The translations under genes and the position numbers were made by a program. 64,000 nt of DNA from Paraphysomonas bandaiensis (Eukaryota; Protista; Chrysophyceae): the NCBI GenBank assembly GCA_965644295.1, contig CBFFRP010000323.1, positions 1 to 64,000 of the forward strand, read 5' to 3'. Below the pieces are notes generated by a model. It saw only the letters and a program-made list of their open reading frames with translations, did not search any database and had not been told where the DNA came from. Numbering within the stretch: position 1 is the first letter of the stretch; each line of letters starts with the position of its first letter. Below are positions 9,834 through 23,500 of the stretch, piece by piece.

Positions 9834-11176
9834 TCAAATCTCATTGTATAAGAAAACGTGTTCAATATTTTCACTTTCATCGGGATCAAACGTAACATCA
9901 CTATAAAAACCACTGTTATTCTTATATTGTGCACACGCTTTATCAAAGTGGGGCAAATTAGTCTGGAATCGCATATATATATGAGTATCATTTGGGTTGG
10001 GGATTAGATCTGCTGTGTTTGGGTAGAGATAGTAATAACGGCACATACGAACGAAACTTTCTTTGTCGAAATACCGTACTTTCGCGCGAGTGTGCATGTG
10101 AACAATTTTGGATACAATATCATGAGCACCATGAAGGGCTCCAAATTCTTGACTCGATATGGAGTATCCAAAGTTGAGCACCAAGTACATCAACATTAAG
10201 TCACCACCCTTGCACCGGAATGCATCCATATATCGTTTCCAGTTTATCTCTCCTATAGCCTGCAGCATTCCTCGTGATACAGCATATGTAGCCCCACCGT
10301 AAGGAAAGAGTCGGTACGTTATATGAGGCACAAAATCTGTGCTCGTTGAGTTCAGTATGTAAGGATGACCAATGCGTTCGCCTGGGGGCCAGTGCATCGA
10401 TTTACATGGGTTCTTCATTCGGCCAGTATTGTGATAAGTGGGTTCAAAGCTATGAGAAGTTTTGTTATAGGCAAACACAGCACCAGGTCTAGGTGCGTTG
10501 TGAATGTGTGCAAGACATGGAGTAGTTGTTGATGTACAACAAGACCAATGAGTAGAATTAGAGGATACACGACAACGCGCGTGACCACCAGACTTAGGAC
10601 CTACGAGACAGTAAAAACAGTATGGGTTATATTTACTATACACTCACCAACTTGTCCTAATAACAAAGGAATAGAGGCATTAATTCCACTCAGTATCTTG
10701 TGAACCAGACGAAGAAACGGTAAACTGTCATCGTCCATCACATAAATCCAATCTACATGAGGAAATGACTTGTTGGCAAAGTATATACCGGCTAGAGGCC
10801 GATGAATGCCTTTGTACACTGAGAACTTTTCTATTTTATTGCCGGGATGTCCGTCGTATCTGATGATCTTGCTCATCAGTCGTCGCTTTGTTTCCACGCC
10901 AGCATCACCAGCAGATACATCCACTCCGGTCATCACTATAGTTTGTGTGTTACGCAGAAATGTTTTGAGCATAAAATCCTGAACGACATGATTCCCACTA
11001 TGGCTGTGTACTACAAACGCTATACTGGGGTAGCGTATAGTCCCATTCACAGGCTCAAGATCATCGCCCTCATACGACACTCCGGATGCTCGTATGAGTG
11101 CAGTAAGAACCACAACTATGTGGAGAAATGTAGATACAGGCACCATATTCTTGTTCTGCCAACGAATAGAGTGCAT
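9834..11176 (-). CDS. Fringe-like / GT31 glycosyltransferase
   Basis: N-terminal signal anchor, DWIYVMDDDS (DxD), PYGGATYAVSRG. A GT-AG intron at 10601-10647 joins the two ORFs. Confidence 0.8.
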
Positions 11177-11316
11177 GGGACTCTATTGTCTCTAAAACAT
11201 GCTGTACTTACATAAACAAACTCATACAGTGCTCACCGCTTTTGTATTTAGGAATTCCAGGCTGCATATCAAGCACAGAGCGAGAACATGTGCGTGTACA
11301 ACTCCAGTATCTGTGA

Positions 11317-12894
11317 ATGTATGTATGTATGTATGTATGTATGTATGTATGTATGTATGTATGTATGTATGTATGTATGTATGTATGTATGTATGTATGT
11401 ATGTATGTATGTATGTATGTATGTATGTATGTATGTATGTATGTATGTATGTATGTATGTATGTATGTATGTATGTATGTATGTATGTATGTATGTATGT
11501 ATGTATGTATGTATGTATGTATGTATGTATGTATGTATGTATGTATGTATGTATGTATGTATGTATGTATGTATGTATGTATGTATGTATGTATGTATGT
11601 ATGTATGTATGTATGTATGTATGTATGTATGTATGAATGTATGTATGTATGTAGGTATGTATGTATGTATGTATGTATGTATGTATGTATGTATGTATGT
11701 ATGTATGTATGTATGTATGTATGTATGTATGTATGTATGTATGTATGTATGTATGTATGTATGTATGTATGTATGTATGTATGTATGTATGTATGTATGT
11801 ATGTATGTATGTATGTATGTATGTATGTATGTATGTATGTATGTATGTATGTATGTATGTATGTATGCAGGTTTGTATGTATGTATGTATGTATGTATGT
11901 ATGTATGTATGTATGTATGTATGTATGTATGTATGTATGTATGTATGTATGTATGTATGTATGTATGTATGTATGTACGTATGTATGTATGTATGTATGT
12001 ATGTATGTATGTATGTATGTATGTATGTATGTATGTATGTATGTATGTATGTATGTATGTATGTATGTATGTATGTATGTATGTATGTATGTATGTATGT
12101 ATGTATGTATGTATGTATGTATGTATGTATGTATGTATGTATGTATGTATGTATGTATGTATGTATGTATGTATGTATGTATGTATGTATGTATGTATGT
12201 ATGTATGTATGTATGTATGTATGTATGTATGTATGTATGTATGTATGTATGTATGTATGTATGTATGTATGTATGTATGTATGTATGTATGTATGTATGT
12301 ATGTATGTATGTATGTATGTATGTATGTATGTATGTATGTATGTATGTATGTATGTATGTATGTATGTATGTATGTATGTATGTATGTATGTATGTATTA
12401 TGTATGTATGTATGTATGTATGTATGTATGTATGTATGTATGTATGTATGTATGTATGTATGTATGTATGTATGTATGTATGTATGTATGTATGTATGTA
12501 TGTATGTATGTATGTATGTATGTATGTATGTATGTATGTATGTATGTATGTATGTATGTATGTATGTATGTATGTATGTATGTATGTATGTATGTATGTA
12601 TGTATGTATGTATGTATGTATGTATGTATGTATGTATGTATGTATGTATGTATGTATGTATGTATGTATGTATGTATGTATGTATGTATGTATGTATGTA
12701 TGTATGTATGTATGTATGTATGTATGTATGTATGTATGTATGTATGTATGTATGTATGTATGTATGTATGTATGTATGTATGTATGTATGTATGTATGTA
12801 TGTATGTATGTATGTATGTATGTATGTATGTATGTATGTATGTATGTATGTATGTATGTATGTATGTATGTATGTATGTATGTATGTATGTATG
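11317..12894. repeat. (ATGT)n tetranucleotide microsatellite, about 1.58 kb
   Basis: Near-perfect array with only about five interruptions (near 11636, 11654, 11867-11875, 11978, 12398). Confidence 0.99.
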
Positions 12895-13014
12895 ATGATG
12901 TTGTGTATCTTCGCAGTGTGTGGCAGTTTGGTTGTGCGAGCATTGCTCCTCAATCTCTTTTTTATTCTGCGAACTTCCAAACACGCTACTTATTCTGGTT
13001 CCACTTTGTATCAG

Positions 13015-14123
13015 ATGTCTGTTTCTCGAATTGCTGTGTTTTTGGTGATAGTGAGTGTGCTGTATGGGTGTCTGCATAGTGTATTGAGGAAGGAGTATAG
13101 GGTGCACAGTGAGGGAATCGTTTTGCTCACAGGGGCCTCCACTGGCATAGGCCGACATGCTGCCGAACACCTCGCGGATAAAGGATACACTGTATTCTGC
13201 GGTGTCCGGAAACAATCCGATGCGGACCGAATCGCATCGCTCAACAACAAACACATGATTCCCGTTTTGATGGACGTCACCGATCATGACTCTTGCGTCT
13301 CAGCGATTGAAAAAGTCAGAGAATCATCTGCATCAACTGGACTTCCATTCGTTGCTTTAGTGAATAATGCTGGAATCAGTCGCAAAATTGTTGCGGAATT
13401 TCACGATCTCGAGGATGCTAGAAAGGTATTCGAGACTAATTTCTTTGGTGCTGTAGGTTAGTATCATAGGCTGGTTTTATTCCGAAACTCATTGTATGCG
13501 GTATATGTAGATTTGACTCAGCTTTCGCTGCCGTTATTGCGGGAGAGTAGGGGACGGGTAATTATGATATCAAGTCTCTCTGGGCGTGTTGGTAAGTATC
13601 TGTGTGGTCGATCGCTAGTGTAGTAACCAACCTCGTCATCGAATACAGCTACTCCCATGTCCAGCATATATGCAGCTTCTAAGTTTGCTCTTGAAGCCTT
13701 CTCCGATAGTCTCAGGCGTGAAGTGGCTGGCTTCAATATTTCAGTTTCTATTATCGAACCGGCGTATGTGGCTACGCAGATATTTGAAAGTAACAGCGCT
13801 GCATCATCGAAGGTGTGTATATCCCATTACCACAGGCTAACATCATATTAAATAAATCGATGCAGGTGTATGAGGATCTTGATAGCCCGGCCCGCACTCT
13901 GTACCCATCCCTACATTCGGAAGAATATTTTGCAAAGCGTGCAGAAGTTATATCGAAGGCAAGCCCCGCAACTGTCACTTCTGAGGCTATTGCTCACGCA
14001 ATATCTTCTGCCACACCTCAAACGAGATATGTGGTCGCTAATGTCAATGGTCTACCGGCTGTTGTCATGGATTGGCTACAGTGGGCTCTACCTGATAGGT
14101 TGGTCGACATCCTTGCAAACTAG
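13015..14123 (+). CDS. Short-chain dehydrogenase/reductase (retinol/17-beta-HSD-like), spliced
   Basis: [22 protein letters not shown] motifs; N-terminal hydrophobic anchor; three short introns. Confidence 0.92.
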
Positions 14124-15047
14124 GACCGATGCGCTTATGGACTATTCATTGGTATGTAAGAGTTAAAATTTACTAAGTTGCTTACATGAGTTCAGTTTGC
14201 AATATTAAAATTATAATATAACAGCAATTTGATTTGAAAATGTAGTTTTAACTGTTTGAGACTGCAAAAGATATGTATTGTAATATCTACGCCCTCCCTA
14301 GGACATTACTACTATTAGTAACTTACTATATATAAATAGCCATATGAGCGGGGTATGAACGTACCGAGATATTATGTATTTAGCACCATTGTGTACTGGG
14401 AAGTTATACGAAAGTCAGTACACAAGTAGATTTTCTCAGTGATTGCTGGAGGCTGACTACAGCACGAAAGCTGATTTGCAGGTAATATATGACGAGAAAT
14501 AGCTAATATTACAGAGTGACAAGGGCGTGTGCTTGCAACCTTCCCATTGATGCCAGTGAGTCACTTCGCTCCAAATTCGCTGAATAAAAACAGCTTCTAT
14601 TCCCTCTGAAGAGATTCACAGCATGTGGCATTGTAGAGATCGCATAAGTCCAAGCATAGTGCAGTATATTCTAGCAATGATCAAGAGTAGTTGGTTGAAA
14701 ACTGCATCAGAGCATACTTGTTGACTTCCACGACTCTCTTCAACTGCTCGTACTGAGAACTGTGTATGCGGTATGCTCATACTCTGCCTGTATCTGGATA
14801 TCAAGTAAGTGGTTCAATATACAGAGTGTATTCTATGTATACCATATATATCTATCCGTATCTTTTTACAGTAAGTTCGGTCAGAATACTGCTGTATAGA
14901 GCTCATGTCGAGGGCTGCATCAGTCTTCGAGTGCGTCGATTTCATATGCTAAGAATTACTAGCTACACATCACCATATATACACACCCATCAATACACGC
15001 CTCATCTCTCAACATACGCCGATAGTATCAACTCACCCGTTCATCTC

Positions 15048-17369
15048 ATGATATACATGTTCTTCACAAGCATCATTGCTGCACTGATTGTTCCGGCCCT
15101 CTCGCTGACCCCTCAAGACGCTCACAGCTTCATTCGGGAGGATGTTCTATCCTATGGAGCAGACATCACCAGCAGCAGTCTATGCTCATCTTACACCTGT
15201 TGTAACATCAGCCAATCAGAGAGCTGCAGCATATCAACTATGCCGAAGGACGAGTCGACTCTTGTTCTTCCAGGTACGTCTATCCGACACATGTGTGTGA
15301 TATCAGTGAGACAGACTGACGATGTCACAGGAGGCGACACGCGATGCATATTCAGCTACAGCACTCCGGTATAACACACTCTGTAATGATCCGTCCCTCC
15401 TCTGATTGGCTGATATCTTTAACAGTTTGCTTTTCAAGTGATTCCGGGTGTAACCGACAAGGTCCTCCTTTACTTTCAAGGTCAGAAATATGCCCTCTGA
15501 GTTTATTTCACGGGTGTCTCGTAGGTGGTGGAGCGTGCTGGGATGAGGGTTCTACCCGAGCAGGGTTGTGTACTACCGACAGCTCCCCTCAAGGGCCCAG
15601 TGGAGTATTCGACCGATCCAACGAAGAAAATGCCTTTCGAGACTACACTATTGTACATGTGCTGTATTGCTCGGGAGACATCTTCGGTGGTAACGTGGTC
15701 AGGGATTATGATGACAAAGATGGTGTTCCCGTTACTCAGAAAGGTTTGCATGTTACCAGTGTGAATTTGATATACATATTCTATACTATTACTCCTGTAT
15801 TGGACATGGTATCTCATGTTGTAGTGTCATGGCGAAAGATAATATAATCTTGTATGTATAGGGTTCAATAACGCTCAGTCGGCCCTCGATTGGATCGTTT
15901 TGCAACAGTCAACCGGCGCTTTGGACTCCACACTGTCATCTCTAGTTGTAATGGGCTGCTCCGCAGGGTCTATCGGAGCTCAATTGTGGGCCAATGAGGC
16001 TGTGAAGAATATAAAGTGGAGCCAGGTATTGTCCCCAATATTTAAAAATTTGTATTATGATTGTCTAACGTTTGTATGCTTTTGCGCAGGCTGCTGTCAT
16101 TCCTGATAGTTATGCTGGAGTTTTCCCAGAAGGCTCCCAGGGACCACTCATATATGAGTATGTGAGTATCGTAGTGGTTTGATGATATTATGTATTTGTA
16201 CCGCACACAATGTAGTGTGATCATTGTAATATGCAGGGTATGTGCACGGTAGCCAAAGGCTTCATCAACGACGAAAACTATGCTAAATGCCTGGACGAGA
16301 CTTTAACACTACAGGACATTAATGCTGAATTCATCGCCGCAAATCCAGATGTACCGTTTTCATTTATACAGGTAAACAGATTGGCTATTTCTAATAACTT
16401 TGCGTTAATTTTTTTCTTAGTCTAAGACAGATGCCGTTCAAATATCGTTCTATATGTCTGTAGCTTTTTCGATGAACATGAGCCCACTAATTTCTCCAGC
16501 TGAATTCTATTCCGATGTCAACGATATTTTTGAGGTAAATCTATGGGATGTAATTGGCAAGAATTGTATGGTTGGTTGTATTGGTCATAATGCTAATGTA
16601 TATGTTGTCGTGTACTTGTATATATATGTGAGTTTATGCAAGGTAGAAGTATCACTATAGGTATATGTGGTAGACATATACTTATACCTCTTACGATCAT
16701 GTTGAGCAATTTTGGGTGGTGTATTATTACAGGGTTACAATGTTAACAAGAACTTTTTGACTTACCTCGTGGATGGAGATCAGCATTGCTTCACTCCACT
16801 GAATGTATATTACTCAGCTGGTAATGAATTACAATTTCATAGAAGAGAAGCGCATGATACGTTGTGCTTTGATTATTTGTGGATGAGAAATCTTGCGAAA
16901 TAATTGTTTCCCTCGTCTATGTATATTATTTCATCTTATTTCTATTTCGTCTACCCTTTTTACAGACGCCATCAGCGCTACAGATAACGGCGAGACATCG
17001 ACACAACAACTCATGAAGGAGGTACGATGTATGCTTCGTGTCACTGCAGTGTATTGTATTCTTGATTTCGCGGCCACAATAGTCACACATGCATTTTATA
17101 GATATATATGTGCTACTATTTGTATGCTGGGCATTCCTGTTTTTTGTATGTGTCCTAAGTTCCGGTGGAGACCTGAATTTTCAGATATATGTTATAACTT
17201 CTATTCTCTGTGTATGTAGTGGGCGGGGTCGTTCCCATTACCTGAGTCTGGGACTGAATCCACTGTGTGTGAAGGAACGCTAGAGTCTTCATCTCTCGGT
17301 GCTGTTAACAACCAAACGTATTGCTCCACTGACCTCTACCCGAAAGAATATACGGAGCATTATGATTAG
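15048..17369 (+). CDS. Secreted pectinacetylesterase/Notum-family carboxylesterase, multi-exon
   Basis: Signal peptide, GGDTRC, FQGGGACWD, YCSGDIFGG, nucleophile motif GCSAGS, DGDQHC. Confidence 0.85.
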
Positions 17370-18769
17370 CTCCCTTGCCCATTTAGGTTGGATATCTAAC
17401 CTAGGAACATGAGGTACATATCTGGTAGCTATGATTCCGTTCAATTAGAATCAAGAATATCAGTAGCTACGGTGCATTCAACATACGATTATACGGTCAC
17501 AAACTGTAAGAAGACATTGATACAATCGTCTCTTGGCGGCTAAATAATTGCATAAAATTTATATAATTTTAACTATTTCTATCGTTTATACGGTGAAGCA
17601 GTGGGTTCTATGTTACTCTCAACAGATACTATCAGAATTATAAAAACAGCCGTCATTTCAGTGCTGTTGTTGTTTTATTACCTTCGTCATATATATGTAG
17701 AGTAATGACGTCTGGATTATGTTGGTGGACTCAGATGAGTTGATTATTGCACATTGTCCATCCCTTACGTAATTGAAACAACCTAATAGTGACAGGGACT
17801 AAGCGAGCACGCAGTAGAAATAGTTTTATTTCCAGTACTAAATGATGGATTAAAGTCAATACGACGACCAAACTTGATGAAACGGTCCAAACCTGGTGAA
17901 ATTTTACAATGTTGACTTCAGTTATGTGTTTGATGCGTCTTACATTATATATAATGTAGTAAGTGTGAAAAGAACATGTTTTAAAAGACATTTAATACGT
18001 TTTATATTAGTTGCAGATCAAAAAAGTAAGAATTTAACTGTGAAATTTATATATAATATATGCATACTATAGTGCTATATATTACAAAGTGCTAATCAAC
18101 GGAACTTCTGGCAAGTTTACCAGTCAGTAATAATTGATGCAGATTCCACTGCATCTGTGTCTACATACTCCTTATTAGTGGGTTCCTGAAAATAGCTCCA
18201 CCACGGAATTCTGACTCTTTACTGGAGGGGATATGAGACTTGTTCTGGTGACCTACATTCAATGTTACGTACATTTTACACAAATACAAGCACGCAAAAA
18301 TTATACCAGATTCAAGTGAGAAGTGGGCGCACTGACTTATCCTCCCGGGTAGTGCCACATATCTTCTTGTTTTCTGTACAAGATGATAGGTACCATCATT
18401 GTCTTGATAGCATAATTAGTACTACGCATCTTAGTGACATTGTTCGTCACCAGGGGAACACTTGATCACACTAGACTCCACCTCTTGCCCTGACTGTACA
18501 AAAATAACAAAACATAATAATATATATATATAATATGTACTACATACCAGATTGATCTACTATCGTCTGAGTCATTGGTAATTATATCACCACAATCCCA
18601 ACCCTCCTCCCTCCTCTGACATCAAGCATCGCCTTCTTTGCACGCGCTGCCTTCTTTCAACATTTGTCTTTTTCATCGCCGCACGCTGCTCTTCTCTGAT
18701 ATGGGGAATACATTGAGCAGGGTTCCCACCATATATCCGTGGGTGTAGAACCGTCTCAGTTCCGGGCCA

Positions 18770-20390
18770 ATCCACAACCTACACGGCAAAACTAGGATCA
18801 GAAATGCAGGCATTGGGATACGGCAACAAACAATAGTAGGTCAATCAAGGTGATGTGCAAATTAGTTTTGGGTGAATCGGAAACATTAATATCTATTAGC
18901 CAAATATCAGATGCAGGTTGCAGCATCGTATTCCAACCAAATATACAAAAATGGAGCTCTTTTGTCCACAGCAAGGAAGTACAACGGGCTCTAAGATTCA
19001 AGTCAACTTATCTGAATAGGCACCATTCAAGACCTTCTTTGCAATCTTGCGTCGACATCCAGCTGCTCAATGATATCATCGGCACATCGGTGCCTGGCTC
19101 ATACATCAATAAAATATGTACTAAAATTGTACCTCATAACTAGAGTCAGCCTATCATAATCAGAAGTCAAGATACCATAAGTTACCAAAAGAGCAACGGA
19201 TGCGCACAGAGCATTACAAATATGGTTTATATATACCATATATATATAGTAACTACGTCAAAAAAAAGGACTAAAAGCAGTAATGGGATGTAGTGACAGA
19301 GCCTACAGCAGAATGGGTGGATCAATGCGCGCTCTCATCTGAGAATGTTTTGAGACCTAATGATCCCACTAAATGCAAGAAGATCATAAGAGCATTCATG
19401 GACGTTTTTCGGAAGACACAGAACTGAAGATTTCGTTGTTGAGTGCATTAAGAAAATTGTGGATTATTTGCGGTCGAAAGACAAATAAATGATTAAAAGA
19501 ATACAATGCTGTAGCCTGCATCTGATAATTGGCTGATAGATATTAACGTTTCCGATGCACCCGGAACTATAAATTAGCTTGCCGTACCCCAGTGCCTGCA
19601 TTTCTGAATCTAGTTTTGTCGTGTAGATTGTGGATTGCTCACCGATTAAATCGGTGAGTAAGCTTCTTGATGTTTTAATTGATATGATGATGGATGCAAC
19701 CTGAATCTATAATCCTGAATTCCTGCCGCTGATGACTTATGTGCAGGGCGTTATATTTTGTGGTCATTCCGAAAAATGCCCTGTAGTCACTGTCTTCATT
19801 TTGCCCCTTCGTCTTCTCATAGTCTTCTAGTCTTGAGTGTGATTCCTGATTGCTGGTTCTGGGGTATGTTTGAGAACTGTTCATGAAATGGTGCCCTTTT
19901 CCTTGATTGTTTCCTCTAGGGCATCGTTTATTAGGATGTATACTATTATGGGTTTGCGATAGATCAAGACCCTGATTTTCCTCTGCTTTTTGGAGAAGTT
20001 CTTAGCGTCGAAGGGTGGAATGGAGCCCTTCCTTTTGTCCGATGAATCGGAGTCAGAGTTATCATAACTGTTAATCTTGGAACCCATACGCTACCGAGTT
20101 AATATTTACTGCTGGTTGTTATTTGTTATACTCAATGAGACGTATACTTCGTAGTAGAAGGTAAATTATAATAAGCTTCATATAAGGAATAATGCCTAAT
20201 AGTATAATAGCAAGACACGGTAGAAAGTTGAAAGAAGCATTGGGACTCATATAGCAAGTATCTTGTACAGTCACGCATCTTGTATAGTCTAATAATAAAT
20301 CAGTCAATTGTTAGTTTTTTTATATCTTGTTGTATTCCACGTATAAGATACGTTAAGAGGTATACTTGAACTAGTGAATCTTAATACAAA
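18770..20390. mobile_element. Decayed Copia remnants (second family) in both orientations
   Basis: Minus strand: Gag-like start (IPPFDAKNF) and protease IIDSGC. Plus strand: ETLISISQISDAGCSIVF. 18770-18930 is inverted relative to 19505-19640. The LTR-like block 20110-20388 recurs at 33175-33250 and 35030-35143. Confidence 0.75.
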
Positions 20391-20536
20391 CGGAATATCA
20401 GAAATGTAGTTTACAAAACCAAAAAATAAACACTGAATTAATCATGGTATTATATATACAGCAAATGTTGGTCACAAATTGATATATAACTTACATAAAT
20501 TTTTACATATGTACTAGTTTCAGGCGTTTACTAACA

Positions 20537-23500
20537 TTAACTATAGAGTTTTCCTCGTACATTATCCAGATTAGGTTCATATGTGGTTTCAGACTCCACA
20601 TAACTCAAGTGAGCGACTGACCGCTTGGAAAGGAAAACCTTTTTAATTTTCTCAAAACAAGCTAATCCAACTTCCTCTGATGACACTGCCAGCTCCAACA
20701 ATGTATTATTGTGAGTGTAAGCTTTTAACAGTGACTCTCCAGCCCTCGAATCCAATCGATTATTGCGCAACGATACTTGACGCAAAGTACTGTTCTTGGT
20801 CAAGGCTTCGCCTATTTTGACACCCCATTCAGAACCCATGCGATTACCATCCAAGACTATCCGTTTTAGAGAGTTGTTCAGAATTAATGCTTGATAAAAT
20901 GACTCCAAAGTGGAGCCACCTGCGATAGCAAGGTTGTTTTTATCCGCAATTAGAGTCTGTATAGCGTGATTCTCTTCAATCCCATCAGCCAAGGAGTACG
21001 CAAAATTGCTCCCAAACTTATTATCTCCGATATCCAACTCAGTAATAATATCGTTCTCTTTCAGCATGGTTTCTAGAGCTACATTGCAGTCATCTTCAAA
21101 GCAGTTCCCACGAACTCTTAAGACTCGGATTGTGAAGTTATTGCACATGGCCGAGAACAGATTCGCTCCAGTTTCACTCGACAGGCCACAGAAAGAGAGA
21201 TCGAGCTCTCGCACAACAAGATTTTCCTGCACTGCTCGTAGAAGTCCAACACCATAGTGACCTAATGTATCGGTACTGGTTCCAAATTTGAGTCCACATT
21301 TGTTGTCCCCCAGCCTCAAAACGCGTATACGACGGTTTTGCCTTAAAGCCCAAAACATTTGATTCATCCCAACTCGACTGATGTAATTCCGACTCAAATC
21401 CAAGTGCTTCCAAGCGACAGTCACCACGCGGAAGAATTTCGACACCTCGTGGGCAGCACTTGCGCTGACACCACAATTTGCCATTTCCACATGCTCCGTC
21501 CATTCAGATGCCAACGCATTCAACAACAGTCTGGATCCACGATGGCCGAAATCAGGATTATCGTTTAGAATGATTTTCTTTAGTTTGCATCCAGTAACCA
21601 CTTCTCCAGCGATGACATACTGCTTTGTAGCATCAGCCAGTTTATGTGCCACCGCATAAGTCAAAAAGTTCTCTGACAAATCCAACTCTGTAAGTGTTTT
21701 GTTATTTTTGATGGCTCGAACCAACCGTAGACCACCTTCTTCGTCCAGTTCGTTTCTTCCCAGTAAGAGAGTTTCGACGCTGCATGACTCCAAGCTCAAT
21801 GCTGCCATAATCGGGTCCATCGCATAGAACCCTATCTTGCTTCCTGTTAGGTCTAGCACTCGCAATTGGTGCATAACACGCTCAATGTTAATTGCCACGA
21901 GACCGCCGCCTTTTGGTCCCATGAGAGCATCTCTAATCATCAACTTCTGAAGGGTTTCACATGCACCTATAGCATTCGCTAGTTGAAGACAACACGGTTC
22001 ATCAAACATCATGCCATTCATCTTCAACTCTATGATTGAGCGGCTATTCGTAATACCACCTAATATTGGCAAAACTTGGGGTGGGAGGAGAAAAATATTT
22101 GATACATTGAGCTTCTTCAAAGATCGATTGTGCAAGAGTCCGCTGCGAATCGAATTCGCGGCGGTGATCGCTGTTCCCGCGCGCTCAAATGAAACCCCAA
22201 CAGGGTTGTCGGATATGTCCAAGCTTGTCAGAGTACAGTTAGGCATCCCAACCGCCTCCATAATAAGTTGAATATTTATGGGGCCCAAGTTGTTTCTCGA
22301 CACATCCAAATGGCACAATACAATCCGCTGTTTCCAGTGCTCAGGGAACTCACCAGCTTCGCTTACTGTTGTCTCTGACCCATCGTAGTCAGACATACCG
22401 TCATCTAGAATACTGTATCCTTCTTGTCGTTTTTTCAAACGATGCTCCTCTCGTTTTCTTTCACGGCGCTTCTTCTTCAGTATTTTTTCTTCTTCAATCA
22501 ACTTCTTCTCAAGTATGCGCGCATTGTAACCAAAAGCATCACCTAGGCACTGGGCGAGCTGTTTACCGCCATTTATACCCAAACAATTCTTGCTGATATC
22601 CAAGGCAGTGAGAGTACGGCTTCTCTTGATGAGATTACCTAATGCTGCACCAGTGGCCTCTCCCAATTGATTATCGGCCAGACACAGCTCAGCCAAACAC
22701 GAGCGACGTTTTTTGTTAGCAGCACCAGTTGTCACCGTTCCATTATCACTAGTTTCAACAGTAGATTTACCGGCCCCACGGCGGGAGCCCCCCCTACGCG
22801 AACTTCCGTAGAAGGAGCTTCCATAGTACGAGTTAGATGGGTTGGAGCTGCCTCCACGAGATGACCCTCCTCGTCTTTTCTGCCCTCCAGGTCGGCCTCC
22901 TAACGCCCATATCATTGGGCCGCCCTTCTCTGTTCCTATATTATTTCCGGCAATGTTTAAAGAGTATAAGCAGGGATGCCTTTTAATAGCTGCGGGTATA
23001 ATATCTGCAATATTCGGCCCAAGGTCATTATACGACACATCTAACGACATGATAGTCTTATTGCTTTTCAGACCAAAGAAAATATACCTTCCGGCAGATG
23101 GAATCATCTCTCGAATGTAAATAGATGGATACCGAATGAGAGCACCGAGCCGGTTATGGCTCATGGAAATCACTTGCAGAGTGCGACTTTGCTTAATCCA
23201 TGACCCAATGAACTTTCCAGAATACGGCCCAATGCGGTTGTAGTCTATACGAAATGTGCGAATACTTTTGTGTCCTTTCATTGATTGACAGAGACGGTTC
23301 ATTCCTCGACAACCTATTCTGTTATGCGATGCATTGACATAAATGAGAGTCTGCTGATTGATAATAATATCCGCCAGCATGACCGCATCTCCACAGTCTA
23401 ATTCGTTTCGCTGTAGCGAGAGTTTCAAGAGAGTAATAGGCTTAGGTGGTGTGAAGATGCCTGGAACAATAAAGGTACAAGTTTTCTTGCGAAAGGCTCG

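Noticed and set aside
11199-13461. Long ORFs of MYVC / HTYI repeats
   Set aside because: Artefacts of the stop-free (ATGT)n microsatellite; the SDR most likely starts at 13015.
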